DNA of 63,134 nt from Fidelibacterota bacterium TCS52 (GCA_001577215.1 LSCC01000029.1:1-63134), one strand, 5' to 3'; positions 8,790 through 18,402 are shown, counted from the stretch's first letter. Notes: generated from the sequence alone by a model not told the origin. Numbers and translations: made by a program.

Positions 8790-9014
8790 ATGAATTTGAA
8801 AGAAATAAAAATTGGTCAAAAAGTAAAAATAATTAAATTGGATGGTGGTCTAATGTTTATAAAAAGAGCAGAAGAGTTAGGGATAAGAATAGGATTACTA
8901 GTAGAAAAAAAATCCGCACAATTTATGAATGGTCCAATTACGATAAAAATTGGTAACACAAATATTGCATTGGGTATTGGTATGGCAGAAAAAATTATTG
9001 TGGAAGAGTTATAA
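8790..9014 (+). CDS. feoA: Ferrous iron transport protein A (FeoA)
   Basis: 74-aa SH3-like FeoA pattern (KIGQKVKIIKL...LGIRIGLLVE...IKIGNTNIALG). It lies immediately upstream of feoB. Confidence 0.8.
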   Translation: MNLKEIKIGQKVKIIKLDGGLMFIKRAEELGIRIGLLVEKKSAQFMNGPITIKIGNTNIALGIGMAEKIIVEEL

Positions 9015-9049
9015 AGTCAAAATAAAAGATCTTTATTAAGGTATGGCTT

Positions 9050-10813
9050 ATGAATGATAAACTAAATAAAAAGAAATTAATGCTGATTGGTAATCCCAAT
9101 GTTGGTAAAAGTGCCATATTTTCAAGATTAACAGGAGTTAAAGTAATTGCATCAAATTATCACGGAACTACTGTCGAATATACAAAAGGTTTTCTAAAGT
9201 TAGGTAATGAAAAAATGGAGATAGTGGATATTCCCGGAATATATTCACTTGAGCCAACAATGAAAGCGGAAGAAGTAGCAGTAAAGATTTTTAAAGATGC
9301 TGTGAAAGAAAAAAATGAAAATATATTTATAAATATAATTGATTCTACAAATTTGGAAAGGAATCTTAATCTTACTTATGAGTTGATAAAGAGAAATATT
9401 CCTTTAATAGTAGTATTAAATTTTTGGGATGAAGCCGGTCATACTGGTGTGAATATTAATAGGGAAAAATTAGAGAATATTTTAGGTGTTCCTGTGATAA
9501 CCACCTGTGGAATTACTGGTGAAGGAATAAAAAATCTTGTTGATAATTTACATAATGCTACAGAAAGCAATTTTTTAAGTAAGAATTTTACAAAAGATAC
9601 TACTGAGAAAAACAAATGGGAGCGAATAGGTGAAATTGTTGAGCAAGTTCAGGAATTAAAACATAAGCATCATACAATTGGTGAAAAACTTAGCGATTTG
9701 TCAATTCATCCATTAAGTGGTTTATTAGTTGCCACAATAGTTTTAGGATTATCTTTTTCAATAATTCGAATAATTGGTGAATCATTAATTGCATATTTGC
9801 TTGAACCAATGTTTAATAAGTTTTGGACCCCTGTTCTCTTAAAAATATCCGCATTATTTAATGGAAGTGGATTTATTCACGATATTTTAATTGGTAAAAT
9901 AATTGATGGTGAAATTAGTTATTTAGATTCTATGGGAATGCTTTCTACTGGATTATTTGTTCCAATAGCGATGATATTACCGTATATAACTGCGTTTTAT
10001 TTTGTTTTAAGTTTTCTAGAAGATTCTGGTTATTTACCTCGCTTAGGAATACTTGTTGATAATTTGATGCATAAATTGGGAATACATGGATTAGCAATAA
10101 TACCGATGTTATTGGGAATTGGCTGTAATGTTCCTGGTGCATTATCGACAAGGATGTTGGAAACACGCAGAGAAAAATTTATTGCAAGCACATTAATGGC
10201 AATTGCGGTCCCTTGTATGGCACAGATTGCAATGATTTTTGGATTATTAGGACGGTATGGATTAAAAGCAATAATCGTAGTTTTTGGAATTTTATTTATT
10301 GTTTGGATAATTTTAGGTCTGTTAATGAATAAATTGGTTAAAGGAACAAGTCCGGAAATATTCACAGAAATTCCACCTTATAGAATACCATATTTTAAAT
10401 CGCTATTGAAAAAATTATTGATGAGAATTATATGGTTTATAAAAGAGGCAGTTCCTTATGTTTTATTAGGTGTTTTGGTTATCAACATTTTATATGTTTT
10501 ACACATTATTGATTTTATTGGTAATTTAGCAAGTCCAATATTTACTGGATTGATGGGATTGCCAAAAGAAACAGTTGGCGCATTGATTGTTGGATTTTTA
10601 AGAAAAGATGTAGCAGTTGGAATGTTAGTCCCTTTGGGATTATCTATGAAACAGATGATAATTTCTTCTGTAATTTTGACAATGTATTTTCCATGTATTG
10701 CAACATTTACGGTGTTACTAAAAGAGTTGGGTGCTAAAGATATGGCAAAATCTGCAGCGATTATGATGATATCTACATTAGTTGTTGGTAGTATATTAAA
10801 TTTAATTTTGTAA
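9050..10813 (+). CDS. feoB: Ferrous iron transport protein B (FeoB)
   Basis: N-terminal G-domain (LIGNPNVGKSAIFSRLTG, DIPG, NFWD) followed by a polytopic membrane domain. 587 aa. Confidence 0.95.
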   Translation: MNDKLNKKKLMLIGNPNVGKSAIFSRLTGVKVIASNYHGTTVEYTKGFLKLGNEKMEIVDIPGIYSLEPTMKAEEVAVKIFKDAVKEKNENIFINIIDSTNLERNLNLTYELIKRNIPLIVVLNFWDEAGHTGVNINREKLENILGVPVITTCGITGEGIKNLVDNLHNATESNFLSKNFTKDTTEKNKWERIGEIVEQVQELKHKHHTIGEKLSDLSIHPLSGLLVATIVLGLSFSIIRIIGESLIAYLLEPMFNKFWTPVLLKISALFNGSGFIHDILIGKIIDGEISYLDSMGMLSTGLFVPIAMILPYITAFYFVLSFLEDSGYLPRLGILVDNLMHKLGIHGLAIIPMLLGIGCNVPGALSTRMLETRREKFIASTLMAIAVPCMAQIAMIFGLLGRYGLKAIIVVFGILFIVWIILGLLMNKLVKGTSPEIFTEIPPYRIPYFKSLLKKLLMRIIWFIKEAVPYVLLGVLVINILYVLHIIDFIGNLASPIFTGLMGLPKETVGALIVGFLRKDVAVGMLVPLGLSMKQMIISSVILTMYFPCIATFTVLLKELGAKDMAKSAAIMMISTLVVGSILNLIL

Positions 10814-10829
10814 AAGTATAGAAAATTGG

Positions 10830-10858
10830 TTGGATTTATTTGAAAAATAAGTTATTAT
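10830..10858 (+). promoter_or_regulatory. Sigma70-like promoter candidate for tRNA-Arg (TTGGAT-N17-TATTAT)
   Basis: TTGGAT at 10830-10835, a 17-nt spacer, TATTAT at 10853-10858. The mature tRNA 5' end is 14 nt downstream of the -10 element. Confidence 0.45.
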
Positions 10859-10871
10859 TAGGTGAAATTTA

Positions 10872-10945
10872 GCCCCTGTAGCTCAGGTGGATAGAGCACA
10901 GCTTTCCTAAAGCTGTTGTCGCCCGTTCAAGTCGGGCCAGGGGTA
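10872..10945 (+). tRNA. tRNA-Arg (anticodon CCT)
   Basis: Hand-folded cloverleaf: acceptor GCCCCTG/CAGGGGT, D-stem GCTC/GAGC, anticodon stem CAGCT/AGCTG with loop TTCCTAA, T-stem GCCCG/CGGGC with loop TTCAAGT. No encoded CCA. Confidence 0.9.
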
Positions 10946-10964
10946 CTTAAAAAAAAGGAGAGAT

Positions 10965-11651
10965 ATGTTAAAAGCTAAGAAAAAGATAAAAAAGAAAGAA
11001 TTGAAAAAAGATCCATTTTTTGAAAAGATAGATGAATCATTTAGATTTTATAAACAAAATCAGCAAATTATCATAATATCTTTATTGGTTATTATTTTAG
11101 CGATATTGATTGGCTGGTATTATTTTAATTCACAGAATAAGAAAAATGAATCAGCAGCTGGACAATTTGGTATTGCTCAATTTTATTTAAGTAGTCAACA
11201 ATATGAAAATGCTACTGAAAAATTTGAAGAAGTAAATGAATTATTTCCTGGCACAAAATACAGTGAGCTCACATTATATTATTTAGGGTATATAAATTAT
11301 AATCAAAACAAGTTTGATGAAGCGACCAAATATTTTAACGATTATTTAGATAAAAAATGTAGTGACGAAGTAATTAATGGTGCTGCATATAATGGTTTAG
11401 CAAAAATATATGAAGATAATGAAAATTTTCTTGAAGCAGGGATAAATTATAGAAGTGCATATGAAGTCACACTATTAGAATTTAAAAAAAATGAGTATGC
11501 ATTTAAGTCAATTGAATGCTTGGTAAAAGCAAAAGAATATGGAATGGCAAATAAGTTAATAGAAAAAATTGAAAATAAACATGAATTAAATGATTTGCAG
11601 AATGATAAAATTAAATCATTTAAGCTGATATTAGAATTGAAAAATAATTAA
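10965..11651 (+). CDS. N-terminally anchored TPR-like protein (YfgM/UPF0070-like)
   Basis: AAGGAGAG RBS. K-rich N-terminus, one TM helix (IIIISLLVIILAILIGWYYF), then TPR-like helical repeats. Confidence 0.65.
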   Translation: MLKAKKKIKKKELKKDPFFEKIDESFRFYKQNQQIIIISLLVIILAILIGWYYFNSQNKKNESAAGQFGIAQFYLSSQQYENATEKFEEVNELFPGTKYSELTLYYLGYINYNQNKFDEATKYFNDYLDKKCSDEVINGAAYNGLAKIYEDNENFLEAGINYRSAYEVTLLEFKKNEYAFKSIECLVKAKEYGMANKLIEKIENKHELNDLQNDKIKSFKLILELKNN

Positions 11652-11660
11652 ATAAAATAT

Positions 11661-11690
11661 TTGGATATTTAAAAATAATTTGTATATTAT
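11661..11690 (+). promoter_or_regulatory. Sigma70-like promoter candidate for the rimP-nusA-infB operon (TTGGAT-N18-TATTAT)
   Basis: TTGGAT at 11661-11666, an 18-nt spacer, TATTAT at 11685-11690. Confidence 0.35.
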
Positions 11691-11696
11691 ATAATG

Positions 11697-11726
11697 AAAG
11701 TGGGAGTTATCCCACTTTTGTTGTTT
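11697..11726 (+). terminator. Intrinsic-terminator-like hairpin. It is either the terminator of the upstream TPR gene or a 5' leader attenuator of rimP-nusA.
   Basis: 9-bp stem AAAGTGGGA (11697-11705) / TCCCACTTT (11710-11718), loop GTTA, followed by TGTTGTTT. Confidence 0.6.
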
Positions 11727-11735
11727 GAGGGATGT

Positions 11736-12185
11736 ATGAAGGATAAAATTAGAGAAGTAAGCAATAAAATAGCGGAGAAAATGGGAATAATTATTAATGA
11801 AGTAATTATCGATAATACTGGTAATATGATAAAAATCACTGCTGATAAAGAGGAAGGTATAAAACTAGAAGATCTAACAAGTTTTTCTCATGCTTTATCG
11901 AATAATGAAAATTTTGATAATATCATTGGTGATAAATTTAATTATGAAATAACATCTCCTGGTCTAAATAGTAAAATGAAAAAACCGTATCAATTTATTC
12001 GTAATATTGGTTATAATGTAAAAATATTTTTTAAAGATCAAAATATTGGAAGTTCAATAAAAGGCAAACTAATAGAAGCTGATAATGAAAAAATATTAAT
12101 AGAAGCAAAAAACAAAAAGAAAAAAGAGATAGTAAAATTAAACTATGATAAAATTAAATATGGAAAATTAAAATTAAAATGGTAA
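11736..12185 (+). CDS. rimP: Ribosome maturation factor RimP
   Basis: Sits in the conserved position upstream of nusA. The ORF-track start at 11694 would translate through the hairpin. The ATG at 11736 follows a GAGGGA RBS and gives MKDKIREVSNKIAEKMG. Confidence 0.8.
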   Translation: MKDKIREVSNKIAEKMGIIINEVIIDNTGNMIKITADKEEGIKLEDLTSFSHALSNNENFDNIIGDKFNYEITSPGLNSKMKKPYQFIRNIGYNVKIFFKDQNIGSSIKGKLIEADNEKILIEAKNKKKKEIVKLNYDKIKYGKLKLKW

Positions 12186-12200
12186 ATAGGAGTTGTCGTT

Positions 12201-13505
12201 TTGAATCAAAAAGAACTTATTGAAGCATTTATATTACTTGCAAAAGAAAAAAATATGGCAAGGGCAGAAGTTGGTAATATTATTGAAAATGTAATAGAAT
12301 CACTAATAAGGAAGAAATTTGGTGATGTTGACAATTTTGATATTATTGTTAATACGAAAATGGGAGAGATAGAAATATATCAAGAACTAGAAGTGGTTGC
12401 TGATGAAGATATGGATGATGAAGTATCACAAATATCGTTTTCTGATGCAAAAAAAATGCCTGATTCTGAAGATATAGAAATTGGAGAAGTTGTTGTAAAA
12501 ATAATTGAACCATCAATTTTTGGAAGAAGGTCAATTTCTGCAGCTAAGCAAATATTAAATCAAAGGATTATTGAAATAGAAAGAGAACAGATATTTAATG
12601 AATATAAAAAACGTGTTGGGGAAATTGTTGTAGGTAATATTCATCAGGCAAGGCGAAATGGTACTGTATTTATAAATAATGATAAGATAGAATTAAAAAT
12701 GCCAAGGAGTGAACAAATTCCTACTGAAAGATACTATCGTGGTTATACAATAAAAGCCGTAATAAAAGATGTCCAGATTAATACTAAAGGACCAGAAATA
12801 ATAATATCGAGATCAGATGAATTATTTTTAAGGCGACTTTTTGAATTAGAAGTACCTGAAATTTATGATGGTATTGTAGAAATTAAAACAATTGCTAGAA
12901 TACCAGGACGAAGAAGTAAAATAATTGTTACGACCAATGACAAAAGAATTGATCCTGTTGGGGCTTGTGTTGGAATTAAGGGAAATAGAATAAAGACAAT
13001 AGTGAATGAGATAGGTGGTGAAAACATTGATATTATTAATTATAGCATTGAATCAGAACTATTGATCTCGAGAGCTCTATCACCTGCGAAACCATCTTTT
13101 ATTGAAATCGATGAAGAGCGAAAATATGCTTTAGCCGTTTTTGAAGATGAAGAAATTGCTACTGCTATTGGAACAGGTGGTGTAAATATAAATCTTACTT
13201 CACGAGTAACCGGTTATGAAATTGACGCTATTCGCCAATCAGAATATAATCGTTTAGAAGGTGATGACATTTTTCTGGAGGATATTGATGCAATTACTGC
13301 TACTCAAGCAAAAACCTTTCAAAATGAAGAAATTGAGACAGTTGCTGATTTTTTAAATACTGATACTGAAAAATTATTAAATATTAAGGGAATTGGCGAG
13401 AAAACATTTGAGAAATTAGAATTAATAATACAAAATGCATTAGAAAATAAGAGAGAAGAAGAGAAAGAAAAGGAATTAGATCTGGATCATGATCTGAATA
13501 TTTAA
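12201..13505 (+). CDS. nusA: Transcription termination/antitermination factor NusA
   Basis: TTG start after a TAGGAG RBS. S1 and KH regions (PVGACVGIKGNRIKTIVNE, GTGGVNINLTSRVTG) and a C-terminal HhH-like tail. 434 aa. Confidence 0.95.
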   Translation: MNQKELIEAFILLAKEKNMARAEVGNIIENVIESLIRKKFGDVDNFDIIVNTKMGEIEIYQELEVVADEDMDDEVSQISFSDAKKMPDSEDIEIGEVVVKIIEPSIFGRRSISAAKQILNQRIIEIEREQIFNEYKKRVGEIVVGNIHQARRNGTVFINNDKIELKMPRSEQIPTERYYRGYTIKAVIKDVQINTKGPEIIISRSDELFLRRLFELEVPEIYDGIVEIKTIARIPGRRSKIIVTTNDKRIDPVGACVGIKGNRIKTIVNEIGGENIDIINYSIESELLISRALSPAKPSFIEIDEERKYALAVFEDEEIATAIGTGGVNINLTSRVTGYEIDAIRQSEYNRLEGDDIFLEDIDAITATQAKTFQNEEIETVADFLNTDTEKLLNIKGIGEKTFEKLELIIQNALENKREEEKEKELDLDHDLNI

Positions 13506-13537
13506 AATTAGAATGTGTATAAACTAGGAGCTTCTTA

Positions 13538-16111
13538 ATGCCAACGACTAAAAATAAAAAGCGAATAAAAATATTTCAATTAGCAAAGCAATTGAATATA
13601 TCTCATAAAGATATAATTACATATTTGAGATCACAAAAAATTAAAACTTCAATTAATAAACCATTAAATGAAGATATTATTAAAATTGTTTTGGATGAGT
13701 TTGGTAAAGATCTTAAAGATGATTCTAGTAATTTACAAATAGACGAAAAATTTACGACTACTTTGCAAGATAAACAGGCAACTGAGGAAAAAAAGAGACT
13801 AAAAGAAGATGCAGCAAGAGAAAAGGCAGAAGCAGCACGAGAAATGGAATTAAAAAATGCTAAGAAAGTTGAAGAAGAAGAAATTTTAGAAAAAAAGCAA
13901 AAAAAAGAAAAAGAAAAAGAAGAGAAAATAAAGAGAAAAAAAGCCGAAGCAGAAGCAAAAAAGTTATTGGAAAAAGAAGAAAAATTAAAGACCAAATCCA
14001 AAAAATCTAAGAAAAAGAAAAAGGTAATTAAAAAAACAGACGAAGATATTAAAAAAGATAAAATAAATGAAAAGTTAAAAAAATTAAAGGAAAAACATAA
14101 GAGAACCAGTAAGAGAATACAAGTATCTCCATTGAAATCTCGTCTAAAGAAATTGAAAGCAAGAAAGGGCAGTAAAGATAAACAGGATGAAAAGAGTAAT
14201 AAAAGATTTAGAAAAAACAGGAAAAAAGTTGACCAAAATGTTGTAGATAAAAATTTAAAGGCAACACTTGCTAAGATAGATAAAAGCAAATCGAAAAAAA
14301 AGAGAAAAAGAAAAAAAGAAAATGAAGTGATTTCCGAAGAAGAAAATAATATTGTTGAATTGACTGAATTTATTAGTGTAGATGATTTAAGTAAACGTTT
14401 AGATGTCACTGCCAATGAAATCATTACCAAATGTATGGAAATGGGAATAATGGTTTCTATTAATCAAAGGTTGGATTGGGATACAATTGAGCTTTTATGT
14501 TCTGAATTTGATTTTGAAGCAAAAAAACTGGAAGAATATACCGAAGAAGTTATAGAGGAAAAAAAGGATATAGATGATGAATCTTTAGAAGAAAGAGGAC
14601 CGATAGTATCTGTAATGGGACATGTTGATCATGGAAAAACCTCGATTTTAGATTATATAAGAAATGCAAATGTGGCTGATAAAGAATCTGGAGGAATTAC
14701 CCAGCACATTGGTGCTTATAAAGTTAAATTAGAAAAAGGTAAAGAAATAACTTTTATTGATACTCCGGGTCACGAAGCTTTTACTGCAATGAGAGCGAGG
14801 GGTGCACAGATAACGGATATTGCAGTTATTGTTGTAGCTGCTGATGATGGGGTGATGCCACAGACAAAAGAAGCAATTAGTCATGCTGAAGCTTCTGGAG
14901 TTTCAATTATTATTGCAATCAATAAAATTGATAAGCCAAATGCCGATATTGATAAAGTGAAAAGAGAACTTTCAGAAAATAGAATATTAGTTGAGGATTG
15001 GGGAGGGAAGATACAATCAGTTGAAGTATCAGCAAAAAAAGGAATCAATATTGATAAATTATTGGAAGCTATCGCATTAGAAGCAGAAATTCTTGAATTA
15101 AAATCAACAAAGAAAGGAAACGCAAAAGGTAATGTAGTAGAATCCAAATTGGATAAGGGGTTAGGAGCAGTTGCGACAGTATTAATTAATCAAGGAACTT
15201 TAAAAATCGGTGCCCCTTTTATTTGTGGTCGTTCTTCAGGGAGAGTTAGAGCAATGCTCAACGATAAAAATGAAAAACTTCAGGTTGCATATCCAAGTGA
15301 TTCTATCCAAATTCAAGGTTTTGACAATGTGCCACAAGCCGGAGATAATTTTATTTGTTTAGCTGATGAAAAAGCTGTAAGGAGAATTGCTAGTGAAAGA
15401 CAAAAAATTCATAGAGAACAAGAATTTAGGGCTCAATCAATAATAACTCTTGATGAAATAGGTAAACAAATAGCTGAAGGAAAAACAAGAGAGCTTGCAA
15501 TAATCATTAAAGGTGATGCAGATGGTTCCATTGAAGCACTTGCTGATTCTTTTATGAAATTATCAACAAAAGAAGTTGCAGTTAAAATTGTTCATAAAGG
15601 TCTAGGAATGATAACCGAAACTGATATTAATTTAGCATCGGCTTCAAAAGCAATAATAATTGGATTTCATGTAAATGCCACTTCTCAAGCAAATGATTTA
15701 GCAAAAGAATTAAATGTTGAAATTAGAAATTATACAATTATTTATGATGCAGTTGAAGAAATTAAATTAGCTTTGGAAGGGATGTTAGAACCAGATAGAT
15801 TCCATCAAGAAGTAGGAAAAGCCGAAGTACGTGATATTATTAAGATTTCTCGTATTGGTGAAGTTGCCGGTTGTGCTGTTATCTCAGGCAAAATGATCAA
15901 AAATACTCAAATTAATATTTTACGAGATGGAAACAAAATATTTTCAGGATATTTATCAAGTTTAAAAAGATTTAAAAATGATGTAAAAGAAGTTACAGAA
16001 GGATACGAATGTGGAATAACTATTGATGGATTTGATGATATAAAAATTGATGATATAATTGAATGTTTTGTTGAAAAAGCTGTTAAAAGAAAATTGGAAA
16101 AAAATAAATAG
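13538..16111 (+). CDS. infB: Translation initiation factor IF-2
   Basis: GTPase motifs VMGHVDHGKTS, DTPGHEAF and NKID. Long K/E-rich low-complexity N-terminal region. 857 aa. Confidence 0.97.
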   Translation: MPTTKNKKRIKIFQLAKQLNISHKDIITYLRSQKIKTSINKPLNEDIIKIVLDEFGKDLKDDSSNLQIDEKFTTTLQDKQATEEKKRLKEDAAREKAEAAREMELKNAKKVEEEEILEKKQKKEKEKEEKIKRKKAEAEAKKLLEKEEKLKTKSKKSKKKKKVIKKTDEDIKKDKINEKLKKLKEKHKRTSKRIQVSPLKSRLKKLKARKGSKDKQDEKSNKRFRKNRKKVDQNVVDKNLKATLAKIDKSKSKKKRKRKKENEVISEEENNIVELTEFISVDDLSKRLDVTANEIITKCMEMGIMVSINQRLDWDTIELLCSEFDFEAKKLEEYTEEVIEEKKDIDDESLEERGPIVSVMGHVDHGKTSILDYIRNANVADKESGGITQHIGAYKVKLEKGKEITFIDTPGHEAFTAMRARGAQITDIAVIVVAADDGVMPQTKEAISHAEASGVSIIIAINKIDKPNADIDKVKRELSENRILVEDWGGKIQSVEVSAKKGINIDKLLEAIALEAEILELKSTKKGNAKGNVVESKLDKGLGAVATVLINQGTLKIGAPFICGRSSGRVRAMLNDKNEKLQVAYPSDSIQIQGFDNVPQAGDNFICLADEKAVRRIASERQKIHREQEFRAQSIITLDEIGKQIAEGKTRELAIIIKGDADGSIEALADSFMKLSTKEVAVKIVHKGLGMITETDINLASASKAIIIGFHVNATSQANDLAKELNVEIRNYTIIYDAVEEIKLALEGMLEPDRFHQEVGKAEVRDIIKISRIGEVAGCAVISGKMIKNTQINILRDGNKIFSGYLSSLKRFKNDVKEVTEGYECGITIDGFDDIKIDDIIECFVEKAVKRKLEKNK

Positions 16112-16112
16112 A

Positions 16113-16460
16113 ATGAGTATTAGGCAAAAAAAAGTTAGTGAAGAAATAAAACGTGTAGTTAGTGAATTCTTTGTAAGAAATACATTTAACAAATGTGAAA
16201 AATCATTTATTACTTTAACTAAAGTTGATATTTCGCCAGATTTAAGGTATGCAAAAATTTATATTAGTATTCTTAATTTACAAACTGATATTGAGCAGAA
16301 AGAATGTTTAAAATCGGTAATAAAAAACCGAAATCGTATTAAAAAAGAGATATCAGATAATATAATTTTAAGAAATGTTCCGGAAATAATAATTGAAAAA
16401 GATGAGTCATTTAAAAAAGCAGATAGAATTAAAAAAATATTGCGAGATATTAAAAAATAA
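16113..16460 (+). CDS. rbfA: Ribosome-binding factor A
   Basis: MSIRQKKVSEEIKRVVSEFF is a typical RbfA N-terminus. The ATG at 16113 is 1 nt after the infB stop. The ORF-track start at 16059 lies inside infB. Confidence 0.9.
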   Translation: MSIRQKKVSEEIKRVVSEFFVRNTFNKCEKSFITLTKVDISPDLRYAKIYISILNLQTDIEQKECLKSVIKNRNRIKKEISDNIILRNVPEIIIEKDESFKKADRIKKILRDIKK

Positions 16461-16470
16461 AATCATTGGT

Positions 16471-17127
16471 ATGACTATTCCTGTAAACAAACCAAAAGAT
16501 TGGACTTCATTTGATGTTGTAAAAAAAATAAGAGGTATAACAAAATTCAAAAAAGTCGGACATGCTGGTACTTTAGATCCATTTGCTACAGGATTATTAG
16601 TATTGGGTTTTGGAAAACATACAAAGAAATTAGATAATTATCAAAATGCAAAGAAAGAATATTTTGTCGATATTGCATTGGGAAGCTCAACGGATACAAT
16701 GGATAGAACCGGTAAAATAATAAAGGAAAATAATATTACTTCTAAATATTCTATGATACAAATTCAAGATGTAATTAAATCTTTTATTGGTGAAATTAAA
16801 CAGATTCCCCCAATGTATTCTGCAAAAAAAATTAAAGGGAAAAAGTTATATCAATATGCAAGAAAAGGCATTAAAATAAAAAGGAAACCAATAGAAATAA
16901 ACATTTATAATATTGAATTTTTAAGTTATATTAATAATATTTTAAAGTTAAAAGTTGAATGTTCAAAAGGAACTTATATTAGAGTGTTAGCAAATGACAT
17001 TGGTGAAAAATTAGGATGTGGGGGGCATGCTAATGAATTATTGAGAAGTAAAATAGGAGAATATTCGATAGATAATAGTTTTAAAATTGAAGAGTTTGAA
17101 GATCAATGGAAATCATTAATAATATAA
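16471..17127 (+). CDS. truB: tRNA pseudouridine-55 synthase TruB
   Basis: NKPKDWTSFDVV and the catalytic GHAGTLDPFATGLL motif. The ATG at 16471 follows the rbfA stop. The ORF-track start at 16393 overlaps rbfA. Confidence 0.9.
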   Translation: MTIPVNKPKDWTSFDVVKKIRGITKFKKVGHAGTLDPFATGLLVLGFGKHTKKLDNYQNAKKEYFVDIALGSSTDTMDRTGKIIKENNITSKYSMIQIQDVIKSFIGEIKQIPPMYSAKKIKGKKLYQYARKGIKIKRKPIEINIYNIEFLSYINNILKLKVECSKGTYIRVLANDIGEKLGCGGHANELLRSKIGEYSIDNSFKIEEFEDQWKSLII

Positions 17128-18065
17128 ATAATATTAAAAATAAAGTCGCTGCAGTTGTAACAGTTGGAAATTTTGATGGGATTCATTTGGGACATCAAAA
17201 GGTTATTGATTCTTTATTAGAAGAGTCAAAACGATTAGATGCGAAAAGTATTTTGATAACTTTTAATCCATCACCTAAGGAATTTTTTCGATCTGAAAAA
17301 AAAGATATGAAACTTATAACTACATTAAATGAAAAAAAGAAAATACTTTCTGAAACAAAATTAGACATGCTGATAATCCAGTTATTTAATAAAGAATTTG
17401 CTGAAAAATCCCCAAAGGACTTTATTGAAAAAATAATATTAAAATATATTGATGTTAAAGAAATTATTTTAGGTTCTACACATACTTTTGGAAAGAATAA
17501 TGATGGTGATGCGAAATTATTAAATGAATTAAGCAGAAAACATGAATTTGGAATAAAAGTTATTGATAAATTGAAAAATAATGGTTATAATATAAGTAGT
17601 ACAAATCTAAGACGCCTATTAGCCACCGGTGAAATAGATAAAATGAATTATATTCTAGGAAGAAAATATGCCTTAAAAGGTAAAATTATTTCTGGAAAAC
17701 AAAGAGGAAGGAATTTAGGTTTTCCTACATTAAATTTGCAACCGATATCATCCAAAAAGATAATTCCAAAGGTAGGAGCATATTGTGTTGGAATATCAAT
17801 TAATAATGACGTCTATAATTATAATGGAATGTGTAATATTGGTTACAATCCAACATTTAATGATAAAGATCTGTCAGTAGAAGTTCATAGCATTAATGGA
17901 AATATTAAAAATATCAGTGGTGAAGAAGTTGAAATTAAATTTCATTCTTGGTTACGAAATGAAAATAAATTTGAAAATGAAGAAAAATTAATTGAGCAAT
18001 TAAAAAAAGATAAAAGTGATTGCGAGAAATATTTTATTCAAAAAAACAACCCTATTAAAAGTTAA
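17106..18065 (+). CDS. ribF: Bifunctional riboflavin kinase / FMN adenylyltransferase
   Basis: GNFDGIHLGHQ adenylyltransferase motif. C-terminal riboflavin kinase block (GRNLGFPTLNL, GYNPTF). Confidence 0.9.
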   Translation: MEIINNINNIKNKVAAVVTVGNFDGIHLGHQKVIDSLLEESKRLDAKSILITFNPSPKEFFRSEKKDMKLITTLNEKKKILSETKLDMLIIQLFNKEFAEKSPKDFIEKIILKYIDVKEIILGSTHTFGKNNDGDAKLLNELSRKHEFGIKVIDKLKNNGYNISSTNLRRLLATGEIDKMNYILGRKYALKGKIISGKQRGRNLGFPTLNLQPISSKKIIPKVGAYCVGISINNDVYNYNGMCNIGYNPTFNDKDLSVEVHSINGNIKNISGEEVEIKFHSWLRNENKFENEEKLIEQLKKDKSDCEKYFIQKNNPIKS

Positions 18066-18123
18066 AATTGTATTAATATTCAAATACAGAAAACTTTTAT
18101 CGGAAAAAACAAAGGAGTTTTAA

Positions 18124-18396
18124 ATGACAACATTAACAAAAGCACAAAAAGAAGAAATGGTAAAAGAATACGGAGAAAAAGATGGCGATACTGGTAGCGC
18201 AGAAGTTCAAATTGCGATGTTAACTCAACGTATAAAAGATTTATCAGCGCATTTAAAGAAAAATAAAAAAGATAATCATAATCGTAGGGCTTTATTGATA
18301 TTAATTGGTAAAAGAAAAAGATTATTGAAATATGTGATGAAAAAAGGACAGAACGAATATAACAAATTAATTAAAAAATTAGGTATAAGAAAATAA
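18124..18396 (+). CDS. rpsO: 30S ribosomal protein S15
   Basis: AAGGAG RBS. GDTGSAEVQIAMLTQRIKDLSAHLKKNKKDNHNRRALL is the S15 signature. 90 aa. Confidence 0.95.
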   Translation: MTTLTKAQKEEMVKEYGEKDGDTGSAEVQIAMLTQRIKDLSAHLKKNKKDNHNRRALLILIGKRKRLLKYVMKKGQNEYNKLIKKLGIRK

Positions 18397-18402
18397 AAAA
18401 CA

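Noticed and set aside
9945-10365. Two minus-strand ORFs (73 and 111 aa) inside feoB
   Set aside because: They are antisense to a well-supported membrane-domain coding region. They are typical shadow ORFs in AT-rich DNA.
11694-11735. N-terminal extensions in ORF-track calls for rimP (11694), rbfA (16059), truB (16393), the membrane protein (51342), dnaK (8593) and hpf (22825)
   Set aside because: The extensions either overlap the preceding gene, run through a terminator hairpin or contain the RBS itself. Internal ATGs with proper RBS spacing give family-typical N-termini.
13603-14430. 275-aa minus-strand ORF antisense to infB
   Set aside because: It is a mirror image of the K/E-rich (AAG/GAA) low-complexity N-terminal region of IF-2. 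It translates to an F/S/L-rich sequence and is an artefact of the composition.
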